From the NCBI GenBank assembly GCA_951406725.2, contig OX597815.1:147560001-147624000 (forward strand): DNA of 64,000 bases, given 5' to 3'. Positions 37,310-51,260 of the stretch are shown here, piece by piece. A program made the position numbers and the translations under genes. The stretch is from Octopus vulgaris. Lineage: Eukaryota. The notes under the pieces were generated by a model that had not been told where the DNA came from, searched no databases, and was given only the letters and a program-made list of their open reading frames with translations. Every line of letters starts with the position of its first letter. Position 1 is the stretch's first letter.

Positions 37310-37660
37310 TTTAATGCGTCGGACAAATTGCATTGGGGTATCTGATTTGGTTGTATACTTTGTGAGTTCAAAACCGACCGACGGTAATATTGTATTTCCT
37401 TCCTCCCTATTCGATCAAATAAATACTTGGACGTGTAATTGCCTTAGTGGTTTATATAAACATCTACCCTCATTACTGCTGGCCTTGTGTCAAAAGCAGA
37501 AGCAACCATTCTTGCAGAATCGATTGAGAGTTGCACAAAAATGGCTACAGGCTTACCTTCTGGCTATTTGTTTTGTGAATTCTAATCCCGCCAATGTCAA
37601 GCTTGCCTTACGCCCTTCCTGTGCTCGATAACAGAAAGGACAATTAAAGAACTGGAATCG
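37310..37660 (+). mobile_element. Two degenerate SINE family A copies in tandem
   Basis: GAGTTCAAAACCGACCGA...TCGATCAAATAAATAC...GGCCTTGTG, then GAATTCTAATCCCGCCAATGTCAAGCTTGCCTT. Confidence 0.5.
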
Positions 37661-39519
37661 ATGATCTCAACTAATGACATTTCCTTAAAATTACTGCTCC
37701 TATTTAGAAATATTTTGTTTTGGTATTGTAAATCTCATCTCTGCCGGTCGACTCTGATTGTATATCGATCTTCAAGACAATGGATTACACAACGGTGAAA
37801 CTCATGGAATAACATCTATTTAAAAATGCATTCATATACAAACTACGTTCGGGTAACTTGGAGATCTACTAAAGCAAAAGTGTGCAAGCGGAAGGGAAAG
37901 AGGCAAATTGTGTTTTCCATTATGTATATGCAATTACCTTCACAATTGATATGAGAACTGTTTATCCGAGAAATCAAAGTAACGTAAATAAAATCAACCA
38001 CATACAGGATAATTATAAAATGACATGACCTAAAGCATTGTTCAGCATGGAATGTAGGTCTTTATTGAAAATTGATTTTTCGACGGACAGTATTAATATG
38101 AAATGTTCTAGTAAATTCTTTCGCCACAGCAAATATCAATGAGTTCTCTTTATGGAAATTGTAGATGAAAAGTGCCTGCATAGAAGCAGCATATGACAAA
38201 AGCGGACACATTTGTCCTTGAATGTTTTGCACAAAAAAGGCCACAGATCCTAGTATTTATTGCCAAAGAGACCTCAGCTTAGTTGTGAAAACCAATGAAC
38301 TATATTGAAGCAACTTTTACTGAAATTTGGAGTGACATTAATGGCATAATGCACGATGGAGGAACGGGAACATATAAGTGATGAAGTTTTAAATTATGAC
38401 AGGAAAATGATTGGAATTAAGAAAGCAATAACATTGCACAATAACGGTACGACAGACGGTGAACTACCAGAGCACGAGAAACAATCATAGAATATAGTCG
38501 CAGTTTATGTGTAATATGAGACCCGTTATTATATTCAAAGATGTTTAGCTTTCATGTGCGCATGTTATTGTTGATAGGGAAATCAATGCCAGATGATCAT
38601 TGGGAATAATTATATAATGTGTTTGTATTGTGTTACATTTTAAAGTTCATGTGTTAACTCTGTGAACTGTAAATGCAATAATCTCTGACATCGATTATGC
38701 TAGAGTATATATTGTGTTATGTTACTAGGTGGTGGTTATATAGATTGAATTATTTGTGCTGTGTTCTCTCATTTGATAGAAAATATCACGTGTAGGACGG
38801 GAGGTGCTTTACCGGTTGGTTATTGTAAATGATGTATTGAGTACAGAATATATTCTGCTGGAAACGTTTTATTGAAAGGGACTTCCTCAAGATGTGCATC
38901 TGTGTGTATATATCTATATGGACATGTAATTTTTCCTGCTTCCCTGTTGAGGTTGGTGTTAGCATCAAGAGGAAGAATTCGACGTTTTGTTCCTCCATTA
39001 AGAGAAAGAATATGTGACTACAAATCTTGCGGAAATCTCAAAATTTACACCTCAGTAATGAAAATGGTGCTGAGTTTATAATAAGTGTATCTCTCGATAT
39101 ATATTTTCCAAGAAGAATGCGTCTATAATTCATTTGTCAAGTGGCTGTTGTGTAATAAGACATGTTGGCTCTGTTGAAAAATTTTGAATTCTGAGATTTT
39201 ATTAAGGCAGCAAGGTGATTAGATCGGAAGTGTTCTAGACAAAATATTTTTCACTGTTTGGCTTTTTCTTACAAATAAGGCCGTAGTCAGTCTTACCGTC
39301 TGCCCATACAGTATCAATAAAATAAAAGCTCAGTCAAGTACATTTATTGAATTTTAAATGGAGATTGCTTTCCGTATTATATAGTTCACCAAGATTGTAG
39401 TTCACGGAGATTGGAGTTACCAAGGAATTGCTTAATATATATTTCAGCTCCCTTCTTTATCATTCCCAACGGACCAATTACTACTGGTATTATCATACTA
39501 CTAAGCTTCCACACTCTTG

Positions 39520-40067
39520 TGTGGCAGTGCATGCCATCAAAGTGACACTGTGGTAAAATATACGAAGCCCAGTATACCCATCATGACTACCCGTCTGATA
39601 AAGGTACACCAGGCACATGCATCACAACCATATGTGCGCGACATGGTGATATCATATCAAGATAAACAGCGCATGACCTTGCAGGTGGGGCCCACTTAGA
39701 AATTTCTTCTGGTCGAGTAGCCCATCCCGCTCAAAAAGTCCCTGAATAAGGGTTGTTTAAGGATGTTGAACAAACCACCCAGTTTACCAGAGGTGAATTA
39801 TTCAAACCCCACTGAATCTCTCTCAACATGAGGCTATGATGCTTCTCCACTACTCCTGCTTGTGATCAGAGATGCACATATCGTCAGCCACTAAGAGACA
39901 TGCTCAACTGGTTAAGGTCAAACAACTGACAAGCAAATCTGTTTTATTGAGCAGAATATTTGCTGTAGCCCATCTTTTATACCAAGACAAAACAATGTAC
40001 ATGCTAACACTTCCAATCAGTTAAGATCAGGAGCCATGAGAGCCACTGTCTTGTACTGCTTCAGGGC

Positions 40068-40069
<2 letters not shown>
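39520..40069 (-). mobile_element. ~550-bp TAA-associated element, copy 2
   Basis: Reverse complement of 347-890; its 5' end abuts a (TTA)n tract at 40070-40146. Confidence 0.85.
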
Positions 40070-40147
<78 letters not shown>

Positions 40148-40955
40148 GTAGTAGTAGTAGTAGTAGTAGTAGCAGCAGTAGTAGAGAATAAGTAGTAGTA
40201 TTAGTATTAGTAATAGTAGTAGTAGTAGTAATAGTCTTAGTAGTCATTGTAGTAGCCGTTGTGGTGCTGTCATTTTAATGTCGTTGTTATTGCATGCTTT
40301 CATCCATAATGGATATTGTACACGTCGTTCATATTCTTGAAATGTTCCAAAATATTCAAGATTTATTGCTGAAATACGTCGTCAACGGCCCTACCATCAA
40401 TATCATAATTGTAACCATTATCAACTAACCACTGCATCAACCTTATAATGTTGATTCATCTCCCACCCTCTCTCTCTTTCTTGTAAAACTTACAGTACAA
40501 TAATTATTTCACTACACAGCAAGCTCTGATGCTTGGTCAGTGATGCAGACTACTTATCTATTTGGAAAATGCACCATAACCTAGCATAAGCAGATAATTG
40601 AATTTACTTGGCAAATCCTGAAGATTATATTTGATTTGATCGATCTGTTGTTTGCAGTTAGTCCTATCTCAAAGTGATAATATGGTTCACACAAGATTAC
40701 CAATTACTTTATCATTATATACCATCTCAAGTCGATGTAGACCCTTGCTGGCTATGGTAGATGTATGGTTAACTGTGTTATGTATACATACATACATAAA
40801 CTGGATATCACATATGGCTATGTTTATATATATATACATATATATGCATGCTTACATATATGTATATATATATATGTATATATGCATACATTTATATATA
40901 CATGCAAATATGTACATATGTATATACACATATATATGTATATTTATGAATGCAC

Positions 40956-41005
<50 letters not shown>

Positions 41006-41739
41006 GTGTGTGTGCATACACGTATGTACCTACATAGGTATATGTGCATACGCTTCACAATGGAAATTATTCATTGATATTAAACTATAAACAATTCCAA
41101 ATATTATTTCTCGATATATTTCCGAGGCTGGATGGAAGACATACACTAGCAACAACGTATTTACCAACATACATACATGCATATATAGCTATGTACAAAC
41201 ATGTGAATTCGTTTGTGTGTGTGTGTTTACTATATCGTTTTATTTTTCCATTTCTCCTAATTCTACTATATCGTTCTATTTTTCCATTCTCTAAATTTGA
41301 GCCTCTTTCAGTTGGGCATCTCTTTCCCTTTTTCTTTCTCTGAGACTTTTCACCATAAGTATGTGCTACTACATTCACTGTATTCTAGAATGTTCTCTGC
41401 TTCTGTGTTTCTATGCGGCTGCGTGTGCAAATGTGATTGCATGTGCGTGTAATTGGAATAATTTTCGTGGCTCTTAATATTTTTGTTGTGCATACTCTGG
41501 AAATAATTGCTAACTTATAAATGTCGCTAACAGTCAAATTGCAGATAAAGCGTCCACTTTAAGCATTCAAAGCCGATTATCTTCGCTTTCGATGCTTCAT
41601 GGGTAATCTCCTGTACGCGCGCATGCGCATCATACGCACACAGATACTTGCATATACACTCTCAAACATACATATAAATATACACACATATATATATATA
41701 TATATACATATACAAATAAACACACACACACACGCGCGC

Positions 41740-41773
<34 letters not shown>

Positions 41774-42396
41774 TTACATTTATACATATATACATATACA
41801 TACGTATATATAGATGTGTGTATATATTGAAATTTGTGTGTGTGTGTGTGAATATATATATATATATAAATGCTCGCACATTCAAGTATATGTATGGACA
41901 CTTACGCGTGTGATGTGTTCATTGTGCGAAACGGAAGACAATATTCCTTATCTATGAAGAAAGGCAATAATTTTTTAACCGTTGCCAAATATCAGTGTTA
42001 ACTCAATTCGAGAGTCAGTCGACTGATTAGCCTAACACGTTTGCGAAAGAGACTTTCAAATGTGTTGTTTGAACACATTAACTGAACGTTCCACCAGAAA
42101 CTAATTATAGATTCTCCCATTTTGCACATATAAATATTAAAGTAACCGCTTTACCAACATGGTAAAGTGATTCTGTATTCCTCTCACTCGGTGGAATATT
42201 AAAATTACACTTGTTGCAAACGTTCGTTTTTCTTTCTCGTTTGATTTTTCTATTTATTTAAGTTATATCGCAACTTCTGAATTCCCCATTGTTATAATTC
42301 CTTGTGTAATGTGTTTACAACAACGAATATAAATTAGATATTGACATTTAGAAAAGTATTTCATCATTCTTTATTTTTCCCAGCAAAGATTACATG

Positions 42397-42463
<67 letters not shown>

Positions 42464-42479
42464 CTATCTACCTACCTAG

Positions 42480-42510
<31 letters not shown>

Positions 42511-42571
42511 CCTACCTACTTACGTATCTATCTATCTATGTATCTATCTATCTATCTATCTATCTACATAC

Positions 42572-42618
<47 letters not shown>

Positions 42619-42822
42619 GTGAAATAGAAAGATGAATAATCTTGTACTGTTCTGTTTTTGTTTTTCCAACGGATTTCCTATTTTCTTCCTGAAGAGAAAG
42701 ACACAATATGGTCCAATTATTCAATTTTGGTAATTTGTACCTTTCGAAACACGTGTAGAATGAAATAAAACGATTTCTGTTCAATCTGCGTTCAGCTCCA
42801 TTTCTTCAATTCACCAATAATG

Positions 42823-42895
<73 letters not shown>

Positions 42896-42896
<1 letters not shown>

Positions 42897-43052
42897 GGGA
42901 GAGTTTACGAAAAAAAACAAAAGACGAAGATAGGTGGTGTACAAAACAAACATATGTATTAGTATAACGCTCAGGAATAGAATAAGTCTTTTACGTTTCG
43001 AGCCTACGCTCTTCTACAGAAAGGGTCACAGAAAAAACAAGGAGAGAAAACA
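42896..43052 (-). mobile_element. Orphan PLE pLTR fragment with HHR-like motif (42988-43023)
   Basis: Minus strand reads CTTT-CTGTAGA-A-GAGC-GTAG-GCTC-GAAA-CG-TA/AAAG. Flanked by (TA)n. Confidence 0.65.
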
Positions 43053-43244
43053 AATATATATATATATATTTATATATATAAGGTAGAAAGTATGGAGGTG
43101 ATTGCACGTGGTTGAATATATGCAGAAAAACATTAGATGAAACAACACAGAAAATTTGTTTTAAATGACTGAAGAATATATAAGAATCAGAATAGTAAAA
43201 GTATTATACACCATTGTACAAAAGATTTATGCATTTCCAATGGA

Positions 43245-43385
43245 TGCTTGCTTCACAACCACAAGGTTCCGGATTCACTCATTATACGTGACAGCTTCGG
43301 TAAGTAAATTCTACTATAGATTCAGGGTGATCAAAGTCTTTTGAGTGGATTTAGTTGATGGAAACAGAATGAAGCCTATCGTATC
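43245..43385 (+). mobile_element. Degenerate SINE family B, 5' half
   Basis: GCTTGCTTCACAACCACAAGGTTCC...GAGTGGATTT.G. Confidence 0.6.
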
Positions 43386-43779
43386 CCCCATGTTTCTCTC
43401 TCTATTTATTTATTTCTGTATGTCTCTTATGAGCCCGTAAGTATGCTGTCGGGATGCAAGATTCTTACCATACAGCCGAGCCTTCGCCTATATACTGGTA
43501 TAAGTAATTACATACTCTAATGGGAATATGGTTTGCTTGTGTAGACGGCATATGGAACTATAAACTGAAATAGTGACGACGTCAACGTCTAGAGAACATT
43601 GTTACATAGGAAACGTTTCAGTAAAACCCGACCTTGTGTCACAAAGACTCCAAAGAATGGGAGCATAATTGGCCAGATAGTTCTTTTTGCATACTCTTCT
43701 ATAATTTCTCAATATTTCCATATTTCTCTTCTCGTTTGCAATTACGTGTTTCGCTAATATCTATATAGCAGCATTATTT

Positions 43780-43815
<36 letters not shown>

Positions 43816-43953
43816 TTTTTTTCTGTTTATTTGGTTATCAATCTCCTCTTTATATACACGCACACACATACATGTGTTTGTGTGTGCTTCATTGTTTGTT
43901 TTCACACTTGTTTGAGTATGTATAGAAATATAGATATCTACGTATACACCCCA

Positions 43954-43996
<43 letters not shown>

Positions 43997-44655
43997 CAGG
44001 TAAATGATATATATACATTTAGATATATATATGTGTGTGTATGTCTCTAATTACTTATGTATGTCATATGTGTATGTGTTACGTATGTATATATGTATGT
44101 TTCTATGTATATATATCTATATATGTGTGTATGTGTTTGTAAGCATATGTTGTCCACCAGTCACTTTCTTTCCAGACGTATCTCTCAGTGCATACACTTT
44201 CATGAATAATGCGGTAACGACCATGAATATCATCCATTCAACAGATCCTTGAGGCGAATGCATCATTAGATTATGGAAATTAGTGAATCATATTTATCAA
44301 CCTCAATTACAAATTCCACCATTTGGAACAAATACTGTATTCTTTAGACAATTTTATGAGAGAACGGCATACCGGTCTATTAGGGAGCATATTCTTTTAT
44401 TTAATTTCGCAAACGTCATATTCGTCTCCTGAACACGCCTTGAGTTATATCGTTGAGATGCACTTCTAGTTCGTAATTAAATAGAAGAGATACAAAATAC
44501 ACAGACACACGCACACACAAACGCACGCACACACACAAACACACCCACGCAAATACACACAGAGTCACATATATACATATATATACACACATATATATGT
44601 ATATATATAAGTATATATAAGTATATATATATATATATATACATATATACATACA

Positions 44656-44689
<34 letters not shown>

Positions 44690-44703
44690 CATATATACAT
44701 ACA

Positions 44704-44735
<32 letters not shown>

Positions 44736-44812
44736 CATATATACATACATATATATGTATATATGTATATATATACATATATATATATATACATATATAT
44801 ATACATATATAT

Positions 44813-44874
<62 letters not shown>

Positions 44875-44876
<2 letters not shown>

Positions 44877-45627
44877 GGGTTTGTATGATTGTGTATAGAG
44901 GGATATATATTATTCCAACTTTTTTGATATGTTGTTTATATTCTTTATAATATTAATGTAGAATATAGAATATATAGTATAAATAATATATATATATATA
45001 GTACTATGAAATGAAGTATTGATTGTCTTATTGAATATATGAAATATTGAATATAAAACAATAAGGGACTAGTATACTTTCTTGCATTATAGCAGTCTTC
45101 AAGGTCACAGGTTTTGACAGGAGTGTTTCAACTATGGTTGACTGGGTGTCTTTTGTCCTTTATATATGTTCTTGTGGGCTGCAGTAATAGTTGTTTGGCT
45201 ATTTTTAGAAATGATGCTAAACCATTTTTCAATGTTTAATTTTAGAAATGATGATAGCAGTACTTTTAAGAATTTTTTTGTTTTTTGTTTTGGTTACATG
45301 GATAAGATTTTTAGACACCAAATACGACTAATTTAGTCATTGTTTGTTAAACTTGGGTTTGAATTTCTTAATAAATTCCTTTTTTCTCAGTTTTCTCTCA
45401 ATTTCATTTAGGTTGTAAAGTTTATGAAATGGGAATATCATAACAACTTTCCGACGACATGTTGCCAGATGGTTACTTAGTGGTATTTGGCGGACTTCTG
45501 GTTTTTTAATTTGTTGTGGATGCACACGCGAGCGTTCTGAAAGTGCATTACCTGTCTGGCCAACATACAGTTCTTCACAATTTGGGCATTTGAAGCAGTA
45601 GATTAAATTTCTGCTTTTGCCGTTCAT
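44875..45627 (-). pseudogene. PLE 3' part: GIY-YIG endonuclease (45337-45627) and 3' pLTR with HHR-like motif (45067-45106)
   Basis: NLIYCFKCPNCEELYVGQTGNALSERSRVH. HHR-like GAC-C-TTGAAGA-CTGC-TATAAT-GCAA-GAAA-GTATAC-TA/GTC. Confidence 0.85.
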
Positions 45628-45628
45628 G

Positions 45629-46372
45629 TCTAAGGAATTTCATCGACATTTTTTCAAACCACTATGTACCAACATACCCAGCTTCATTCGGGAAAACAAC
45701 GATTTTCTATCCCATCATCCCAAAACCACTGAAACAAATTCAATCCTACTAAGCTTTGTTGTAGTAATCCTTTACACCAATATCCCACATTATTTAGGAA
45801 TAAAGGCGATCAAATACTGGGTAGATAAACATAGAGAAGCAACCCACAACATATTCAAAGTGACATTCATATTAAACTCAGTCAGACTTATTCTGGTAAA
45901 ACACCACTTTCTTCTTCAATGGAAAGAACTACATCCAGTATAAGGCACGGCTATGAGAACGAGGTTTGCTCCCGTTTATGCGAACTCGGTGATGGGATAG
46001 TTAGAGAAAAACTCTACTAGGAATTAGAGGAGAGATGCAGCACTGAATTTAGGAAGTATATTGAAAAAGCATGGAAGAGACACCTCGACGATTGTCTCAT
46101 AATCCGGAAAAAATCTCAAAACACTGTGGAAGAATTCAACATCAGCTTGAACAACCTACACCCATCCATCCAATGTACAAAGGTGATGAGCAGTAACAAA
46201 TTACCATTCCTAGACATAATGGTGATTAAAAAGAACACCATTACCACAGATCTATATTATAAACACATAGATAGACACCAATACCTGAATTTTAGATCGT
46301 GACATCCACCGAATACAAAACGTAACATCCCGTACTGCTTATCCAGAAGAATCTGTATTATTGTAGAGGATC
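45629..46372 (+). pseudogene. PLE reverse transcriptase segment, inverted relative to its 3' part
   Basis: Motifs KPLCTNIPSFIRENNDFL, LYTNIPH, GTAMRTRFAPVYAN, WKRHLDDCLII, LPFLDIMV and NIPYCLSRRICIIV, with stops and frameshifts. Confidence 0.88.
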
Positions 46373-47058
46373 ATGGTGAATGCCGGACATAGGGGCCAAA
46401 CAAGAGAGCTAGGAAAAAGCAGAAAGTACAAAAAAGTTAAGAAAAGTTGAAAAGGTTCAAAAGCTTCAGACTTCGTGGTGTATTGGAGCGATTACTCATC
46501 AAAGGAAGCGTCCAGTGTAATCCTTGGGTAGGAGAGGTGCAGCTGAAGTCTACGAGAGTAGAACATCCAGGTAGAGAATCCAGTTAATATATTCCAAATT
46601 ATTGAAGCTGTAGAAAATCCAAGAAAATTTCGTTGGGTTATAAGAATAGACAGAATCAACAGGTGCGACCAAATGAGCCTGTAATATATGGAGGAGAATA
46701 TATATATATATCTATATTTATATAATCATGGTGCAGAAATGGCGGTTTCATAATGAACAAGGTAACGTAATCTGATGGTCGAAAAATTTCCGCGAATTAA
46801 GTACTCCAAAGTCAGTCGGAGGGCCAAGGGTCCGTGTGAGCGTGCAGCAAATGGTAAATAGTCGATAAAGAAAAGACAAAGAACAAGCACTAAGAAACAA
46901 CAACGAGAGGACGTGGTACATGTAAAGTATTAGCAGAGGCTCACGGAAGGAAAGAAATGTGGTTTTACGTTTGCGCATCTGGCAATATCTTACCTGTAGC
47001 AGGTCCTCACGTTGTTGTTACTCTGTGTTTTTATTTCGTTTTTTGGCCATCTACTATT

Positions 47059-47094
<36 letters not shown>

Positions 47095-47114
47095 AATTCT
47101 AGATTATTTTTGCA

Positions 47115-47157
<43 letters not shown>

Positions 47158-47344
47158 AATTGCAAAGATAATCTGGAACTCGACTGAGGATAGAAAACTC
47201 CGAATGACCCGTCCCTGTTTTCTTTGTACCGTCTGTCTGTCTGTATTGTTGATCCTTTTTTATTCACCTGTCTGGATGTTTTGCTTACTTGTCTCACTTA
47301 TATATATATATATATATATAAGGAAATATATAATTCTATATATA

Positions 47345-47680
47345 AGAGGTGAGGAATTATTTGCATTATTTACAATCAACGGATATTTGGCCTCATCTTG
47401 TTTGTTGTTAAGTCAACGTTTCGGCTTTCTTCAGGTGTCTTGGGCGAAATTTCGAACTTGTGTCCTCATTCCTAAGGGATTTTTCTTTGTTGTTGTTGTT
47501 ATTATTATTGTTCAGGTAACTGTTTGGAATGGAACTCGGTATATTGGGGTTAATAGCCCATGCCCTTAATCACTGCGCCATATGCCTGTGGGCAATTATG
47601 GTGTGAAATTTAGGGTTTATAAATCTAATATCTTTCTATGCTTCCTTAATACCGGTTCCCATATGCTGCTCATATCTGCG
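47345..47680 (-). mobile_element. Element with tRNA-like head (47513-47586) followed by an HHR remnant (47412-47439)
   Basis: Minus strand reads TGGCGCAGTGA (A-box), GGG-CTATTAA-CCC anticodon-like arm, GAGTTCCATTCC (B-box-like), then CTGAAGA-AAGCC-GAAACGTT. Confidence 0.6.
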
Positions 47681-47689
47681 AAGTGTTGT

Positions 47690-48120
47690 ATTACTACTGA
47701 ACATCGCAAAGCTGTGACATGGGATCCGTTTCCGTTTTGATGTACATTGGCATGGTATTAAAGAGAACTGGACCGATTGGAGTAAAGTAGTTCTGACGTA
47801 ATGTTGTTATGTGTCCTGAGTTCGATTTTTGTTGTGGGCAGATAGCACGGGGGCCATGTTTAAGATGGATTGAAAAATTGATACCAACATCATTTGTGCA
47901 ATATATACGGAATATTTTCCAAATCACACAAATGTTGTAGCGTTCCCGGCGGAATTGGAGAGAGTAGTGATTCAGTTTTTCTTTTTAGTCGACCAAAGTA
48001 GTCAATGATTCTCATGCAGTCTTTCTTGTTATTGACCTCTGGAGTTCTTCCACTTTCATAATGAGATGTTTTGTATGGAGAGACCACAGTGGGCAACAGT
48101 ACTCAAGGTGGGGTCGGGCA
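47690..48120 (-). pseudogene. CR1/Jockey-group LINE RT C-terminal fragment
   Basis: RPHLEYCCPLW..VEELQRSITR, YSLQFRRERYNICVIWKI and GPVLFNTMP. Confidence 0.8.
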
Positions 48121-48242
48121 ACACACTCACACACACACACACTCACACACACACATTCACACACACACACACACACTCACACACACACACATATTTATGT
48201 ATATATATGGCACAGACTTATATATATATATAAATATATATT

Positions 48243-48526
48243 AGAAGTAGGTCTGGCTGTGTGGTAAGAAGTTTGCATTCCAACTGCATGGTTCCCAGGT
48301 CCAGTCTCGCTGTGTAGCAGAGTGAGCAAGTGCATTCTACTATAATCTCAGGCCAAACAAAGCTTTTTGTGTGGAATGGTAAACGGACACTGAAAGAAGC
48401 TCGTCGTTTGTGTTTATATGTATATATGTATATATACATATATATATATGTATATATACATATATATATAAATATACATATATATGTATAAAATAAAGAT
48501 ATATATATATATATATAAAAAGAAAG

Positions 48527-48585
<59 letters not shown>

Positions 48586-48777
48586 CAATAATAAATCTCT
48601 GAGCGAGGTATAAACAGTAGATGGGGATGGGAAAGATGACTTCCCTTTGCAACTATTGTTAGGGCACAGAACGTGTGTCAATAGCCAGCTGGAGGAGATG
48701 TCTTTCTGGGGCTAGAAGCCACAGTATCATCAACCCTTAAGGGTTAGCCCCATTTAGGTGGCAAATATACTATATAC

Positions 48778-48858
<81 letters not shown>

Positions 48859-49000
48859 TTTTGCTTCATTTACGCCCTTGTAACTTAGTGGTTTATCGTT
48901 ATAGACCGATATAACAAGTACTAAGGCTTTGAAAAATTAAACAAGTAATGGGGTAGATTCGTCGACTCACATTCTTCAAGGAGTTGCCCCAGCATGGCAG
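48243..49000 (+). mobile_element. SINE family B split at its internal microsatellite (halves 48243-48406 and 48868-49000)
   Basis: The head and tail halves are separated by expanded TA tracts and a foreign ~180-bp insert (48588-48762). Confidence 0.65.
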
Positions 49001-49029
49001 TCACCCGTCTTATTGTTAAATGATACATA

Positions 49030-49215
49030 CGAGGGTGTGCTGAAAAGTTCCTTGGGTTGGGTAACAGAAAATACAAACGTTATTTACGAATGTATTTAAC
49101 TTATTCCACTCTGGGATTCACTTCTTGCAGTGGTTCTTCAATTTTCGAAGCCCTGTAACAGAACTCGAAATTCTTTCACGATACCCTTAAAGCCAGGAAC
49201 TTTCAGCGCCCCTCG
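49030..49215. mobile_element. Mariner-type MITE with TA TSD
   Basis: TA-CGAGGGTGTGCTGAAAAGTTCC ... GGAACTTTCAGCGCCCCTCG-TA. Confidence 0.85.
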
Positions 49216-49529
49216 TATACGTGGAGCATTCCTGAAATTTTGCGACTTGTTTAGGAGAGGCAGTTATAACAGTCCTCGATTATTAGGATTTTATTATATC
49301 ATTTCTATGCAGCTTATACGCTGACTTACTAACTTTTGTTATTACAGATTCGAAGAGATTCTACTCAAAACTACTTGACACGAGTGACTTGTTTGTTTCA
49401 TGTAGTGGTGACGTGAATGCAATTTGGAAGCTTGCTATGCAGAAAACGCTTGAATTAAATTGCGCAAAATCGTTAACAAAATGTTCGCAAGTTCTAGGAA
49501 ATTTATGAAATATTCGAAATCATGTTTTT

Positions 49530-50045
49530 CTCTGGCAAAAATGGCCCACCGGAAAGAACAGCATGATTCACTTTTCTCACAAGTGAATCATGTACTTGAT
49601 TCCTCCTGACTAGACGGTTGCGAAAAAGGCTTGGAGGCTAGGTAAATGACAAAATCTTCATAGTAAAAGGCCGAAGACCACGGACCTGGACAATGCGCCA
49701 ATCCACAATTTCATGCTGGTAGCCAACTACTCGAAAGACATGTGCATCACAACTGTCCCTCAATCTCTTAACAGTCGAGAACTTGATCTTTGTCACATTT
49801 GGTTACAACTCAAATAAAAAGAGAAAACATAGGAAGCTATGACAATTGTTTGAGATATCTTCAGTTTGCTGAACTTCCAGGAGGCCTTCACGAAGTGGCT
49901 CGAGCGCCACAGCAATAAAATTGGAGTGAGAAGATCCTTGGCTGAAGAAGGGTTTCTTTTACTTCTTTGAAAGTGATACATCAAGTATATGATACCCTTA
50001 ACAGAAAAGTAGATCATGTTGTTCTTCCCGGTGGGCCTTTTGGCC
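49530..50045 (+). pseudogene. Decayed mariner transposase C-terminal fragment with an inverted duplicated piece
   Basis: LDNAPIH..LVANY..TVPQSLNSRELDLCHIWL resembles HQDNA..PYSPDLAPCDFW. 49543-49601 recurs inverted at 49980-50036. Confidence 0.6.
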
Positions 50046-50893
50046 TGGTCATGTAACAACACATTTATTTCTCTATTTTGTATTCTCTCTCACCATTTTC
50101 CCCCTCACATTGAAGAGCGTAGGTTCGAAACGTCAAACCGTTCCCCATTCTTCCCTTGCATGAAACTTATGTACATGCTTGTTATTCCCTCTCCTGTCTT
50201 TGTCTTTTGTTTTCTGTACATATGAGCCCCCCTCACCGCATATATATGGATATATGTATTTATGTTTGTATGTGTAAGCATTTGTGAATGTATATAAATT
50301 TATATATTTTTACATAATGTTTTTCCCACAAAGTGGTGAATAGCATGCGCTTATGTATTTCACTAACTGCAATGCATCTGTTAATAAAATCTGGTTGCAA
50401 TAAAACTTCAATACTTTATTTACATATTGTTTGCTGTGTTTGAGAATATTTACGAGGTTAATGTTATTTCTTTTTATTTATATTTCCTCTAGCATGGGTC
50501 CCCAAATAATTCGATTTTATTTTCAAATATTTCATTAACAAAAGACATATTAAAATGAATGATTGAATATATGTAAGATGTTAGCCGGCGTAATTTAATG
50601 AAAATTTCGTTATATGTTGATAACGTGTTGAATAAATCTTTGTGGATATAATAAATTAGTAATGCATGCAGGTGTTCTTCGACAAAATAATAAAATGAGA
50701 CAAGGCTTTCTAGAATCATCCAATATGCGTTTGTGCGTTTTGTAGTGTAATCTATATAACGGTAATATAACAAACAAGGCATATTTGCTTTATTTCTTTG
50801 CGTTAATTCAATTTTGTGTACTTAACATTGTTAGTGACAAACGGGTAATAATAACAACAATAATCATGATAGCAACAAATTATTATTATTATT

Positions 50894-51169
50894 GAGTGAT
50901 AGAGCAGTTCATGCCATCAAAGTGACACTGGGGTAAAATATACGAAGCCCAATATACCCATCATGACTACCCGTCTGAAATAGGTACACCAGGCACATGC
51001 ATCACAACCATATGTGCGCGACATGGTGATCTCATATCAAGATAAACAGCACATGACCTTGCAGGTGGGGCCCAGTTAGAATTTTCTTCAGGTTGAGTAG
51101 CCCATCCCGCTCAAACGGTCCCTGAATAAGGGTTGTTTAAGGATGTTGAAAGAACCACCCATGTTTCCA
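50894..51169 (-). mobile_element. TAA-associated element, copy 3 (5'-truncated)
   Basis: Matches the 3' half of 347-901, with TTA arrays directly on both sides. Confidence 0.88.
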
Positions 51170-51220
<51 letters not shown>

Positions 51221-51225
51221 CATTA

Positions 51226-51260
<35 letters not shown>

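Noticed and set aside
47513-47586. Functional tRNA gene
   Set aside because: The B-box and acceptor stem are degenerate and it is embedded in a repeat. SINE heads elsewhere were rejected for the same reason.
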